Below are positions 19,118-29,434 of a DNA stretch of 64,000 bases, piece by piece; the first letter of the stretch is position 1; each line of letters starts with the position of its first letter. Below the pieces are notes generated by a model. The model saw only the letters and a list, made by a program, of their open reading frames with translations. It did no database searches and had not been told where the DNA came from. The DNA is from Candidatus Hodarchaeota archaeon (GTDB lineage: Archaea; Asgardarchaeota; Lokiarchaeia; Sigyniarchaeales; SOKP01). The translations under genes were made by a program, and so were the position numbers. Where the stretch lies: positions 13,039 through 77,038 of the forward strand of contig JBHLKV010000001.1 in NCBI GenBank assembly GCA_048886305.1, in the 5' to 3' direction.

Positions 19118-19888
19118 CTAAATTGGAATTTTTTTCTGTATCTTTTTTATAATCTTTTTGAAATGAAATTTATAGACGTTATATATAAATTGGTATAATT
19201 TTGAATCACCAAATAATCTATATTTTAATAATACTAAAGCACCTTCAATTCCATCAAAGTAATTTATTTTAGCAAATCCATATCGACGAATATTATATCT
19301 TATTGGACATTCTTTTATTTGGTAACCTTTTAATATAATTTGTGCTGTGATTTCTGGTTCTAATTCAAATTCTCTCGCATTAAGTTTTAAATCATCTAAG
19401 ACTTTTTTAGTGAATAATTTATAACCTGTTTCCATGTCCGTTAAGTTCACATGAAATAGAAAATTTGTCAATTTAGTGAGTAAAATGTTTCCTAATAAGT
19501 GAGATTTTGACATTATTTTAGGTTTTGTACTAAATCTAGTACCATAAACTACTTCAAACTCTTTTGATAAAATAGGTTCTAAAAGTTTAGGAATATCTAA
19601 AGGATCGTACTCAAAATCTGCATCTTGGATGATAAAAATATTTCCATCTGCATATTTTAATCCGACTCTGATAGCAACGCCTTTTCCTTGATTTTCTGGT
19701 AATCTAATAAACTTTATTTTTTTAGTAATTATCTCTTCTAAGATTATTTCTTTATGATTTATTCTTGAACCATCATCTACAACTATTATCTCACGATCGA
19801 TGGGAAAATCTACTCTTAAAAGGGATTTAATCAATGGTTTAAGAGTTTTTTCTTCATTATAACAAGGAATAATAATGCTTAGTTTCAA
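19118..19888 (-). CDS. family 2 glycosyltransferase (dolichyl-phosphate hexose synthase-like)
   Basis: LSIIIPCYNEE, VVDDGS and the QDADFEYDP (DxD) motifs. The start codon is TTG, and no in-frame ATG is nearby. Confidence 0.85.
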   Translation of the reverse strand: MKLSIIIPCYNEEKTLKPLIKSLLRVDFPIDREIIVVDDGSRINHKEIILEEIITKKIKFIRLPENQGKGVAIRVGLKYADGNIFIIQDADFEYDPLDIPKLLEPILSKEFEVVYGTRFSTKPKIMSKSHLLGNILLTKLTNFLFHVNLTDMETGYKLFTKKVLDDLKLNAREFELEPEITAQIILKGYQIKECPIRYNIRRYGFAKINYFDGIEGALVLLKYRLFGDSKLYQFIYNVYKFHFKKIIKKIQKKIPI

Positions 19889-20037
19889 GTTTATGTCAAA
19901 TAATTTTATATTTCTCTCTTTATTTAGAAATTAAAAAAGATTTTAAATTTTTATTGATTATGAACTTAATTTGCTTTTAATAAAGTTAAATATTGATTAT
20001 TTTATATGTTTTAAAATAAATTAAATCATGAAATGTT

Positions 20038-20499
20038 ATGAATTACGAAAATAAAAATAGAATTTCTAAGGATGATTACTTTATGAGAATTGCTGAAGTC
20101 GTATCACTAAGATCTACTTGTATAAAGAGGAAAGTAGGAGCTGTTTTAGTGAAGGATTCTCATATTTTATCTACGGGTTACAATGGGGCACCAGCAGGTC
20201 TTAAACATTGCAATCCAGAAACATGTGTTAGAAAGAATTTAAAAAGTGGTGAAAAACCAGAATTATGCAGGGGCGTACATGCTGAAATCAATTGTATTAT
20301 TCAAGCGGCTATTCATGGAACTTCAATACAAGGGGAGACAACAATATTTAGTACAACATTTCCTTGTATGAGCTGTTTAAAATTGTTAATTAATGCTGGG
20401 GTTAATAGATTAGTATATAAGGAGGGCTATGCTATGGAAAATAAAGTAAAAGAAGATCTATTGAAGGAATCTAATTTGATCGTACTGAAATTTCAATAA
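20038..20499 (+). CDS. deoxycytidylate (dCMP) deaminase
   Basis: CDA-fold zinc motifs HAEINCI and PCMSCLKLL, with the ComEB/dCMP deaminase size of 153 aa. Confidence 0.9.
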   Translation: MNYENKNRISKDDYFMRIAEVVSLRSTCIKRKVGAVLVKDSHILSTGYNGAPAGLKHCNPETCVRKNLKSGEKPELCRGVHAEINCIIQAAIHGTSIQGETTIFSTTFPCMSCLKLLINAGVNRLVYKEGYAMENKVKEDLLKESNLIVLKFQ

Positions 20500-20521
20500 A
20501 TCTTTAAAGAATTTTAATTTT

Positions 20522-21751
20522 TTAAGAGTGCCACGTTTCTTTAGCTAACCTTTCTCTAATTCTTTCTCGCTGTTCAGGTCCAATTTTATCTCGAAGTGCA
20601 TCATTACAAATTTGCTTTCCAATGTTGACTTTGGGATTATTTGCCCAATTCACATCAATTAACAAGCAAAGATAATATACAGAAGATAAAATGAACGATA
20701 TCAGGTGCCCCATACTTTTTTCTGAAGGATTATCAATAGAGACCTTTGCTGTTGGCACTCTTTGTTGAATTAAAGCTTGAAATGTAGCATCTGCTTGATA
20801 ATTAATAATGGTTTGAGCACTTTGTTCATTAATAAATGGAATAGTTGAGTTTAAAACTAGATCAGGATTCTCATTTTTTACAGTCCATAGCGTAGGTATC
20901 ACAATACCTTTACTTCCACCTAATAAAAATTCTAATACAGAATGTTGACAGATTGGCGCTGATTGATATGTTCCGATCATACCTCTTTCATCCTTTCCTG
21001 TACTCTCAGATACTCCTTGAACCCATAATCCAACACTTCCTTCAAGGTTCTTTGAATATGGCATTGAAAATACAACTCGATATCTTTTCCTATATAAATC
21101 AAAAAGGAAGGCTGCAAGTTCTAACGCAGGATTATCATCATAATTCGAAAAATTAGTATACCCCTCTTCTAATCCTTTTAGAAAATTCTCAATATTTATA
21201 CCAGAAATATATGCAGGAACAATACCAACATTTGTAACTGAACCTGCATAACGACCAGAAAGATCTGGAACATCCAAAATAGGACATCCTATTTCTCTCA
21301 ATATATTATTCATAGTTCCCATTGATGAAATCCCTAAGAATTTATACCCTCTCCTAACAAAAATTCCAATTGTAGAATTAATATCTAAAGTTTCTCCGCC
21401 TCTTGATATTGGTATTACAACAGAATTTTCAGGTGAAGTCTTTTCCAAACATCCTTTCAATTCCACTGCTCTTGAACTTGGAACTGGATATATTTTTTTT
21501 TTAGATAAGTGCTTAAGTGCTAATAGTGTTTGTATTGAGCCACCAGTACCTAATACAATTACATTTTTGATATTCTCACTTAAGAATGGTTCAGTTATTG
21601 TTTTTATCTTATCTATATCTATATAGGATTTGGTATCGAAGAAAAATGGAGAATCCCACTTCTCTTTGTTTTTTCTGATTATCTCTATTGCTTCTTTTAA
21701 AAGTCTTTCACTTAATTTTGGGTAATATTCTAATTTTAAATTTAACATCAT
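20522..21751 (-). CDS. pgi: glucose-6-phosphate isomerase (short archaeal/Bacillus-type PGI)
   Basis: Double SIS-domain layout: LGTGGSIQT, ISRGGETLD (the SKSGTTxET equivalent), SGRYAGSVTNVGIVPA and WVQGVSESTGK. Confidence 0.85.
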   Translation of the reverse strand: MMLNLKLEYYPKLSERLLKEAIEIIRKNKEKWDSPFFFDTKSYIDIDKIKTITEPFLSENIKNVIVLGTGGSIQTLLALKHLSKKKIYPVPSSRAVELKGCLEKTSPENSVVIPISRGGETLDINSTIGIFVRRGYKFLGISSMGTMNNILREIGCPILDVPDLSGRYAGSVTNVGIVPAYISGINIENFLKGLEEGYTNFSNYDDNPALELAAFLFDLYRKRYRVVFSMPYSKNLEGSVGLWVQGVSESTGKDERGMIGTYQSAPICQHSVLEFLLGGSKGIVIPTLWTVKNENPDLVLNSTIPFINEQSAQTIINYQADATFQALIQQRVPTAKVSIDNPSEKSMGHLISFILSSVYYLCLLIDVNWANNPKVNIGKQICNDALRDKIGPEQRERIRERLAKETWHS

Positions 21752-22020
21752 AAATATTTCACCAGCAACTTTAATAGATTGCTAATAAAATTATATAATC
21801 CTATTTTATTTTTATTATTTTATTTTAGAGATTAGAATATAATGTGATCATATTTTATTTTTCCTAATTATTGTCGTACATTACACCTAAGTTCTCAAAA
21901 TGAAAATTTAAAAATCAGAACTCTATTTTGCTTAAAATATCGAGCTATATAACTTAACTTAAATAAGACTTATCTATAAAAATTACACTAAAATTTTTTT
22001 TCTCTTTTACGTGATTTATT

Positions 22021-23259
22021 ATGGCAAAGGCTAGAGAAATAAAAAATGGAAATGGAAATGGAAATGGCATTGAAATTGAAATGCCTTATTATTGTACTGA
22101 ATGCAAACGTAATCATACAAAAGGCAAAATATATAAAGAACATTTAAAGTATGCAAATTCTGAGAGTGAAAATGAAGAAATTATTGATAATGAGAATTTT
22201 GAATCAGATTTTGAGAATTATGATGATGAAGCAGAAATCATCGAGGCCTTTAGTGAATTAGAAGAAGAAATCAATTCTGATGGTGAGAATTTCTATACTA
22301 ATGAGAATGATATAAATAATTGTGTTGAAGAAGTAAAAAAACTTCCCGGAGTAGGAGAATCTACTCTTAACAAACTAATTAAAGCAGGTTTTAATTCATT
22401 AGAATCAATAGCTTTTACACCTCCCACTATAATTCAGGAAGAAAGTGGTTTAGGAGAAAAGACAACAGCAAAACTAATTAAAGCATCTATGGAAAAACTT
22501 AATATAGGATTTAAATCTGCTGAAGTTGTATGGGAACATCGAAAAAGCATTGCTCGAATTTCTACTGGTAGTCAAGAATTAGATGATTTATTAGGTGGAG
22601 GGGTCGAAACAGGTAGTGTTATTGAATTTTTTGGGGAATTTAGAACAGGAAAAACTCAAATTATGCACCAATTATGTGTAAATGTTCAATTACCTAGAGA
22701 AAAAGGAGGTCTTGAGGGAAATGCGCTATACATAGATACAGAAGGTACATTTCGACCTGAAAGAATAATACAAATGGCAGAAGCTTTAGATCTCGATCAT
22801 AAAAAAGTTTTAAAGAATATAGTGTTTGGTCGTGCTTATAATTCAGATCATCAAATACTTTTAATTAAAGAAGCAGCAAATCTAATTAAAGAAAAGAATA
22901 TAAAATTAATTGTAGTAGACTCTTTAATAGGTCACTTTAGGAGTGAATATATTGGTAGAGGGACCTTAGCAACTCGACAACAAACAATCAATTCACACCT
23001 ACATGATCTCTTAAGAATATGTGATATATATCCTGAATTAGGAGTTGTAGTAACAAATCAAGTTCAAGCCAAACCAGATGTTTTTTATGGAAATCCATTA
23101 CGTGCAGCTGGAGGAAATGTCGTAGCACATGGATCAACCATTAGGGTTTATTTAAGAAAAGGAAAAGGTGAACAAAGAATAGCGAAAGTGGTAGATGCCC
23201 CCCATTTGCCAGAAGGGGAAGCTGTCTTCAGTATTACTGGAAGTGGAATAACAGATTAA
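22021..23259 (+). CDS. radA: DNA repair and recombination protein RadA with a ~100-aa N-terminal extension
   Basis: HhH domain [17 protein letters not shown], Walker [10 protein letters not shown], Walker B LIVVDS and the C-terminal [20 protein letters not shown]. Residues 1-100 are extra: a GN repeat, [13 protein letters not shown], then an acidic tract. Confidence 0.95.
   Translation: MAKAREIKNGNGNGNGIEIEMPYYCTECKRNHTKGKIYKEHLKYANSESENEEIIDNENFESDFENYDDEAEIIEAFSELEEEINSDGENFYTNENDINNCVEEVKKLPGVGESTLNKLIKAGFNSLESIAFTPPTIIQEESGLGEKTTAKLIKASMEKLNIGFKSAEVVWEHRKSIARISTGSQELDDLLGGGVETGSVIEFFGEFRTGKTQIMHQLCVNVQLPREKGGLEGNALYIDTEGTFRPERIIQMAEALDLDHKKVLKNIVFGRAYNSDHQILLIKEAANLIKEKNIKLIVVDSLIGHFRSEYIGRGTLATRQQTINSHLHDLLRICDIYPELGVVVTNQVQAKPDVFYGNPLRAAGGNVVAHGSTIRVYLRKGKGEQRIAKVVDAPHLPEGEAVFSITGSGITD
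22045..22068 (+). repeat. hexanucleotide microsatellite (AATGGA/C) x4 inside the radA 5' extension, followed by (ATTGAA) x2
   Basis: Read directly: aatgga aatgga aatgga aatggc attgaa attgaa. It encodes [12 protein letters not shown]. Confidence 0.9.
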
Positions 23260-23277
23260 TTAATAAAAGCAAGTTTT

Positions 23278-23724
23278 TTATATTTTTATTTTCCACCCTT
23301 CTTTCTGAGTGAATTGTATTTTATCTTCTTTATCCATTTGATTAATTAGAAGAGATATCATTTTTTCAGATACAGTTATTTTTTCATCAACCGCTCTCTC
23401 TAAAACTTTATCAATTAATAATTTTAATGATTTCACAGATTTCTCCTTATAAAGGATAAAAAAGATTGTTTTTTCAATATACTCCCTTATTTTCACAGGG
23501 ATAGTTAAAGCTTCTTTTTTTTTTGGTATAGGAGGTGTCTTAATAATATCATCTGAAGGTTTTCTATGCTCAACAACAATAGTTTTTACGCTTACTCTTT
23601 TTGTACTTTTTTGTACATCATCAAATTTTATTGGTGCTTTTACTTCTTTTTCTGAAATCCCAATTTCAACATTAGGTTTGGTTGTTTTTGAGGGTTCTGC
23701 AGTCGAGACTTCATCTTTTTTCAA
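23278..23724 (-). CDS. hypothetical protein with C-terminal winged-helix-like domain
   Basis: 148 aa from a TTG start. It has a Lys/Pro-rich linker, then helix-helix-wing-like sequence (..LLINQMDKEDKIQFTQKEGWKIKI). The frame stays open for 39 more codons upstream and encodes a hydrophobic helix with no canonical start (see findings). Confidence 0.4.
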   Translation of the reverse strand: MKKDEVSTAEPSKTTKPNVEIGISEKEVKAPIKFDDVQKSTKRVSVKTIVVEHRKPSDDIIKTPPIPKKKEALTIPVKIREYIEKTIFFILYKEKSVKSLKLLIDKVLERAVDEKITVSEKMISLLINQMDKEDKIQFTQKEGWKIKI

Positions 23725-24029
23725 TTTCTTTTCTTTTTTGCCTTTCCATTTTCTTAAAAAGTTAACAATAACTATATTGATAATAAGAGAAATCTCAATT
23801 AAAATTGGAAATGAAAGTTGTAGAAAGATTGCTATTTCACCTTATTGTAATTTTGAAAACAAAATTTTAACTTATCTTGGATAAATAATGAAGATATTTT
23901 AAAAGATTTGTGTATATATAAAATAAAGAATTTTATCTTAATTAAAATTTAGAATATGGGTATAAAACTAATATTAATCAAGCTTTTGTGATAAAGTATT
24001 TAAAATAGAAAAAGTTGTAAAAAAAATTT

Positions 24030-27000
24030 TTATATTAATTTTTCATATTCCTTAGATTTATTCGATAATCTTTTAACTTCCTTTGTCATTTCAGTTACGC
24101 CTAATTTAAAGATTTCAGATGCTACTCTTGAAGCCATTCGAAACTTTTGTGCAGCTTCAGAGTAACGCCCTTCTTTAGCTGCTAATTTAGCTCCATTCTC
24201 TAATTCCTTTAGTTTTGCTTTATAATCTATTATTTTTGTCGTGCGGATAAGATCTTCGAGTTCTTCAAATTCTTTTTGTATTTCCCAATTTGTAGCAATC
24301 ATTAAAGCATTCTGGCAAATCGTAATAGCTTTATCGTAATCATTCTCTTTTCTCGCTAAAGCAGCATTCTTCTTTAGGTTTTTAATCTCCTTTTTCGCTG
24401 ATTTTAGATCTTCTATTTTTACTACTCCCACTTTCATGGGTGCAGATACAATTTCCTGGCTTTCTACTATACTGGCAAAGTAAGCTTCTCTTTCAGCAGG
24501 ACCCATTTGAGCTAGATCATTTACAAGTTTTTGTTTTTCTTCGGGGCTTAAGCTAACTAATCCCGCGACTTTTTGGCTAATAAGATTCAATTCTTGTTGA
24601 GAAATTGGCTGGGCTTCAATGGTGGAGATCTCTATTGGCATTAAGATTTTTTTATCTCTTAATTCCTTAATACCACTAAAAATTTCCGCTGTATCTTTCT
24701 TAGTTCTTTCTGTAGCTTCTTTCAAAAGAGTTGCTATAAAGAAGAAATCTCTTTCTGCCTCTTCGCAGCAACTATGAGCAACTTTTAATACATCTTTTGA
24801 ATGGGGTGTTTTAAGAGTTTTTGCCTCTGAAAATTCATATGTAATCTTATGAGGTAAAATTATTGAAGTATTGAAGACATCATCAATAATTACCCCTGAA
24901 TTTCTGAAAACATTTAATTGCCCTCTCCACCTAGGAAGTTCATTTTCATAAATTTTCTCAAAAGCTGCAATAAATTCAGTTAGATGTTTACGTAAAATAA
25001 TTGAAGCTTTCTTACTTAACACTAAGGCAACCCTACTATATTCGCCATCAGCTAATAAGAGCATCTTATCTCCATATGTTATTTCATTTAATGCTTTCTG
25101 AGCTACCATCTCTTTTCCAAATGAAGAGACCGCAGAAATGAAACCACTGATTAATTCAGGATCAATTGCCTCAGATCCAAAAGATTTAAAGAAAACACAT
25201 GTTCCTGTTCCCTTATACAAAACTAAAATGTGTTCTAGATTAATAGCGTCATCAAAAATAGTCCTAACTTCAGTTAAAGCCCTTTTCTTTTCACGTTTTT
25301 TAGGAACAACTAATCCTCGATAAGCAGCAATCGAACCAACCCCTACTGCTGCTGCGGCTCCAACAATTATGAAATAAGGTATTAAATCCTCAAAAGCGAA
25401 CGGAGCCGGACCTTCTGCTCTTTCGGTTAATGTTAGATTAAATGAAAATGATTGAATTTCATAATTAACCAATTCAATTGATATCGTAATTGTATAGTTA
25501 CCTTCTTCAGTAATAGATGATAAATCTATATTTCCTCTATAAAAAGTTGCAGCATACCTAATAAAGATGAGAGTTCCACTAGATGGTGTACCAGATGTTT
25601 TGTTGTATGTGACTGTTATTATCGCTGCTGAACCAGAATCTAAAACTAAATTATTACCATAATCAAGGTCAGTAATATTAAATTGAACATCAATATCACT
25701 TCCAAGAGTAGCGTTATAATAGTTATACAAACCTATTGGTAATAGCTCTATACCATCTACTTCAATAGTTTCTAGATTTGATTGAGAACTATTCCCTAAT
25801 AACCTAAATGTTACCGGACTTGTGTTAAAGTTGTATATTGGATATTTAGAAATGTTCAAAGTAATCGTATATTCTCCAGAATCTAATCCACTTGTACTTA
25901 CATTAAGAATATAATAATCCTCAGCTGGTACAGGTATTAATGTCCAATTATGATCTCCCCTTAACCATAAGGAACCGACATCATCATATACTTTAACATC
26001 ATCAGTTGTGAGATCAGGAATAGGTAAACCATCTAATGTGCTATTGAAATATAAATATATTGTTTGATTGAGCCCCGTTAATCTTTTAATTGTTGGAACA
26101 GAGGAAATAATTTCGATAACAGTATTTAACAATATCACTTCTATAGATAGAATAACTTTTTGAGGTTCTTTACCTAATTTTGATATAGTAAAATTACACA
26201 GATATGGATTTACTCTTGAAGGAACATTGTTTACCTCTATATTAACTGTATAGGTACCATTTCCATAAGTATCACTATAAAAAATAAATCCGGAATCTAA
26301 TTCTATATCTGAGAAAGAAGCTCCAATAATAGGATTATTACCGAAATCAGTATCTGTATAATTAAACGTGTATGTAACGTTTACACCATTAGTAGATTGA
26401 AAACTCTTTGTTATATCTTCAATAAAAGTATGATTCACTAAATTAAATATAAACTGAAGTGAATCATTGTTATAATATTGTAATAATGTTCTTATATCTA
26501 CGGTATTTGGACCATAGTTAGCAGAACTTGGATCTATTGTAATATTATAAAAACCAGAAGTACCATTATTAACAGATGTAGAATCCCATGTTCCACCATT
26601 AATACTATATTCAATAGTCCCATCAACAGGTATATTTTGACCTGTATCATTTATATAAACAGTTATATTGAAATCAGGAGATGAAGGATAATAATATTCA
26701 TTGTCTGGTGGTGATATATGAGACAAATCAGTTTCACCATAAATGGTAAGTAATTCTTCTCTAAATCCAGCAGCAGTTTCATTATTCCAAAAAACTTGTA
26801 CACGAAAAACACCATAACTAACGACTGTACTACTTATATCCCAATCAATAAAATTGATATCTGAATTAGCGCTAAGTGTGGTATTATCAGTTGTAAAATT
26901 TAAAAAATCATTAATCAATATTGGACTATAAATACTTAGATTTACTCCATTGGTTCCAGGAATAACATCTTCAAAAAATTCAGCTACAAATGAGACTGTA

Positions 27001-28421
27001 TCCGAATAATTTGCTTCAGTTATTGGATTTAATCCTTTATTCATACCAATTGATTGAAGTAGATTATCGGATTGTCCTGTAATATACCAATTGGTTCCAT
27101 TATCAGCATTAGATATTTTAAGATCTTTAAATCTGTTAATTATCGGACCTATCGTAATATCTGAAGTTTTATCGATAGATCCATTATATGCATTAAAATT
27201 TCTCCATGTGTCAGGTACAGTAAAATTTATATAAAAGTTGCTTAATCTTGAATCAAAATCATCAATCTCCTCAGTTGGGAGAGCCATCCAATTAACATCT
27301 GCAGCATTTTTAGTTAATGTAAAATTTGAAGCTGCTGTTATATCACTTTTTGTGTAATTTGCTTGTACTTCACTGATTTGGCAGGTAACATCCCACCATT
27401 CTGCTGAAATTTCAAAGTTTAAACTATTGGTAACTACTTCAAATGATGCATCTAAATCCCAAGTCCCCTGATTAGCAAAACTATTATAGTTATCTACAGC
27501 ACTACCATTGATCTTTAAACTTACTTGATTAGGCGTTGGAGTATTATTAAGAGGAAGTAAATGGAGGATAAGTGAAGGATCAATACCAGCCACAGGTTGC
27601 CATCCACCATCATCTATCCATACTTTTGAATCATCGCTTGAACCGTCATTTTCATCATGAAATTGTACATTAGCTAATGAAGAGGAGGTAGTTTGAGTCA
27701 TCCAGATATAAAATAAGTTATTTTCTGTTTGTGAGACATCCAATTGAATATCCAAATCTGTAAAATTATACCATATTCTATTTGTATCATTATATATTGT
27801 AACACTATTTTGTATTGTATCTAAATAGGTGTCTGGTCCATAATCGCTAAAAACACCATTCCATGATGCACTCCATAGCTCCAAGTTTATTGATCCATCA
27901 AAATCATCAAGTAAATCTGATTCTGAGAAGCACATAGTGAAATTATCTAAAATACCATCACCAGGTACCTGAAAAGAAACTGCATGGTCATAATTACGAA
28001 TTGAGGTTGATAAAGTTGTTCCTGTTTCAATTACAAGTGTTTTATTTGGTGCAACTATATCCATAACCTCGATGCTTATATTTTTCGCAAAAAAATTATT
28101 GTTACCTGGAGAAGCTATGTTAAATGTATTATTATTTGAATCTGAAGCATTCAAATTCCAGTTAAATGATTCATTAAAATAAGATTGATGTAATGTAACA
28201 TTAACATTTTCACCAGTATTGCTTAAATCATTTGTATAACCTGCAGCTTTAAGATTATCATCAAAAAAATCGAATTCATCATAATTAAATTTTGTCTCTT
28301 CCTCAATTGCTCTATTTAGTAAATTTGTTTGTGAAACATTCAAGCTTACAAACATTGTACCAAGAAATAAAAATAGAATGCTGATACTTTTTAGTTTTCT
28401 TTTGTTTTTCGATTTAAACAT
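24030..28421 (-). CDS. giant type-I surface glycoprotein-like protein: signal/anchor, ~1,000-aa beta-rich ectodomain, single TM, ~430-aa cytosolic tail (longin/roadblock-like module plus helical TPR/MIT-like end)
   Basis: N-terminal KSKNKRKLKSISILFLFLGTMFV signal. I count more than 40 N-x-S/T sequons by eye in the ectodomain, with recurring G.YT(I/V).I strands. The TM helix is IPYFIIVGAAAAVGVGSIAAY followed by KKREKKR (nt ~25320-25390). The ATG at 28421 is preferred over the TTG at 28430. Confidence 0.85.
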   Translation of the reverse strand: MFKSKNKRKLKSISILFLFLGTMFVSLNVSQTNLLNRAIEEETKFNYDEFDFFDDNLKAAGYTNDLSNTGENVNVTLHQSYFNESFNWNLNASDSNNNTFNIASPGNNNFFAKNISIEVMDIVAPNKTLVIETGTTLSTSIRNYDHAVSFQVPGDGILDNFTMCFSESDLLDDFDGSINLELWSASWNGVFSDYGPDTYLDTIQNSVTIYNDTNRIWYNFTDLDIQLDVSQTENNLFYIWMTQTTSSSLANVQFHDENDGSSDDSKVWIDDGGWQPVAGIDPSLILHLLPLNNTPTPNQVSLKINGSAVDNYNSFANQGTWDLDASFEVVTNSLNFEISAEWWDVTCQISEVQANYTKSDITAASNFTLTKNAADVNWMALPTEEIDDFDSRLSNFYINFTVPDTWRNFNAYNGSIDKTSDITIGPIINRFKDLKISNADNGTNWYITGQSDNLLQSIGMNKGLNPITEANYSDTVSFVAEFFEDVIPGTNGVNLSIYSPILINDFLNFTTDNTTLSANSDINFIDWDISSTVVSYGVFRVQVFWNNETAAGFREELLTIYGETDLSHISPPDNEYYYPSSPDFNITVYINDTGQNIPVDGTIEYSINGGTWDSTSVNNGTSGFYNITIDPSSANYGPNTVDIRTLLQYYNNDSLQFIFNLVNHTFIEDITKSFQSTNGVNVTYTFNYTDTDFGNNPIIGASFSDIELDSGFIFYSDTYGNGTYTVNIEVNNVPSRVNPYLCNFTISKLGKEPQKVILSIEVILLNTVIEIISSVPTIKRLTGLNQTIYLYFNSTLDGLPIPDLTTDDVKVYDDVGSLWLRGDHNWTLIPVPAEDYYILNVSTSGLDSGEYTITLNISKYPIYNFNTSPVTFRLLGNSSQSNLETIEVDGIELLPIGLYNYYNATLGSDIDVQFNITDLDYGNNLVLDSGSAAIITVTYNKTSGTPSSGTLIFIRYAATFYRGNIDLSSITEEGNYTITISIELVNYEIQSFSFNLTLTERAEGPAPFAFEDLIPYFIIVGAAAAVGVGSIAAYRGLVVPKKREKKRALTEVRTIFDDAINLEHILVLYKGTGTCVFFKSFGSEAIDPELISGFISAVSSFGKEMVAQKALNEITYGDKMLLLADGEYSRVALVLSKKASIILRKHLTEFIAAFEKIYENELPRWRGQLNVFRNSGVIIDDVFNTSIILPHKITYEFSEAKTLKTPHSKDVLKVAHSCCEEAERDFFFIATLLKEATERTKKDTAEIFSGIKELRDKKILMPIEISTIEAQPISQQELNLISQKVAGLVSLSPEEKQKLVNDLAQMGPAEREAYFASIVESQEIVSAPMKVGVVKIEDLKSAKKEIKNLKKNAALARKENDYDKAITICQNALMIATNWEIQKEFEELEDLIRTTKIIDYKAKLKELENGAKLAAKEGRYSEAAQKFRMASRVASEIFKLGVTEMTKEVKRLSNKSKEYEKLI

Positions 28422-28671
28422 TGTAATCAATTAATAATTTCTATTTGGATTTAAATACTATTAGTATATTATTTAAAATCTTTTATTTTAAGATTAAATA
28501 GTTTTTTTATTAATTATCTAATTAATCAAATCATAACAATTTCTTAATTTATACTTTTTCAAAACAAATCAGATCATTTCATCTTTAAAGAAGAAAATAG
28601 TAATTTATGAATAACATAAAAATCGAAATAATGTAAATTTTTTAAAGAATGATAAAGATTGAATTATTACA

Positions 28672-29358
28672 TTATTTCTTCTTTAGGATTATCCTTGCAT
28701 CTACGCAAATTAATCCATTTTCATAAATAAAAACAGGATTTAAATCCATTTCGTTAATTTCCTCATGTTTAATAACAAGTTCTGAGATTTTTAATAATGT
28801 ATTAACTATCGCATTTATATCTGCTTTAGGTTTACCTCGGTATCCATCTAGGATGGGAAATCCCTTAATTTCATGTATCATCTCATTTGCATCATATTCT
28901 GTAATTGGAGCAATTCTAAAACTGACATCTTCCAATAGTTCTACAAGTATACCTCCAATACCGAACATTAAAGCAGGGCCAAATTGCGCATCGGTAGTCA
29001 TTCCAATAATCAGTTCCGTTATTGGTTCGTCTGCCATTTTTTGAACTGAGATTTTTTTTTCCTTTTGAGAAGGGAGGTTCATTAAATCTTCATAAGCTGC
29101 TTCTAACTCCTCTTTATTTTTGATATTTAACTTTACAGCTCCAGTATCGGATTTATGTACGATATCTTCAGCAATAAGTTTTAATACCAGAGGGAAACCA
29201 ATTTCTTCAGCTGCGCCTCTGGTCTCATCTATTGAAGTAGTTAGTTTTTGAGAAGGAATCGATATGCCAATTTCTTTTATTAATTCCTTAGATTCAAATT
29301 CAGTTAGAACCATCTGATTAGATTCAATTTTATCCTTTAAAAATTCAGAAATATTCAT
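28672..29358 (-). CDS. acdB: ADP-forming acetyl-CoA synthetase, beta (ATP-grasp) subunit
   Basis: 228 aa, collinear by eye with Pyrococcus AcdB (from memory): GFPLVLKL...HKSDTGAVKLNI, DAQFGPALMFGIGGILVELLEDVSFRIAPIT, GYRGKP, MDLNPVF. No alpha subunit lies in the window. Confidence 0.8.
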   Translation of the reverse strand: MNISEFLKDKIESNQMVLTEFESKELIKEIGISIPSQKLTTSIDETRGAAEEIGFPLVLKLIAEDIVHKSDTGAVKLNIKNKEELEAAYEDLMNLPSQKEKKISVQKMADEPITELIIGMTTDAQFGPALMFGIGGILVELLEDVSFRIAPITEYDANEMIHEIKGFPILDGYRGKPKADINAIVNTLLKISELVIKHEEINEMDLNPVFIYENGLICVDARIILKKK

Positions 29359-29434
29359 TGTAATATTCTCTTTAATAATTTAGAACTTAAAACTTATAAT
29401 GATTTAATAAAATTATAATAAAGATTTAAAATTA

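Noticed and set aside
23678-23884. A 68-aa plus-strand ORF in the spacer upstream of 23278-23724.
   Set aside because: The region is better explained by the minus-strand open frame that encodes a TM helix contiguous with the 148-aa ORF. The plus-strand product has no features.
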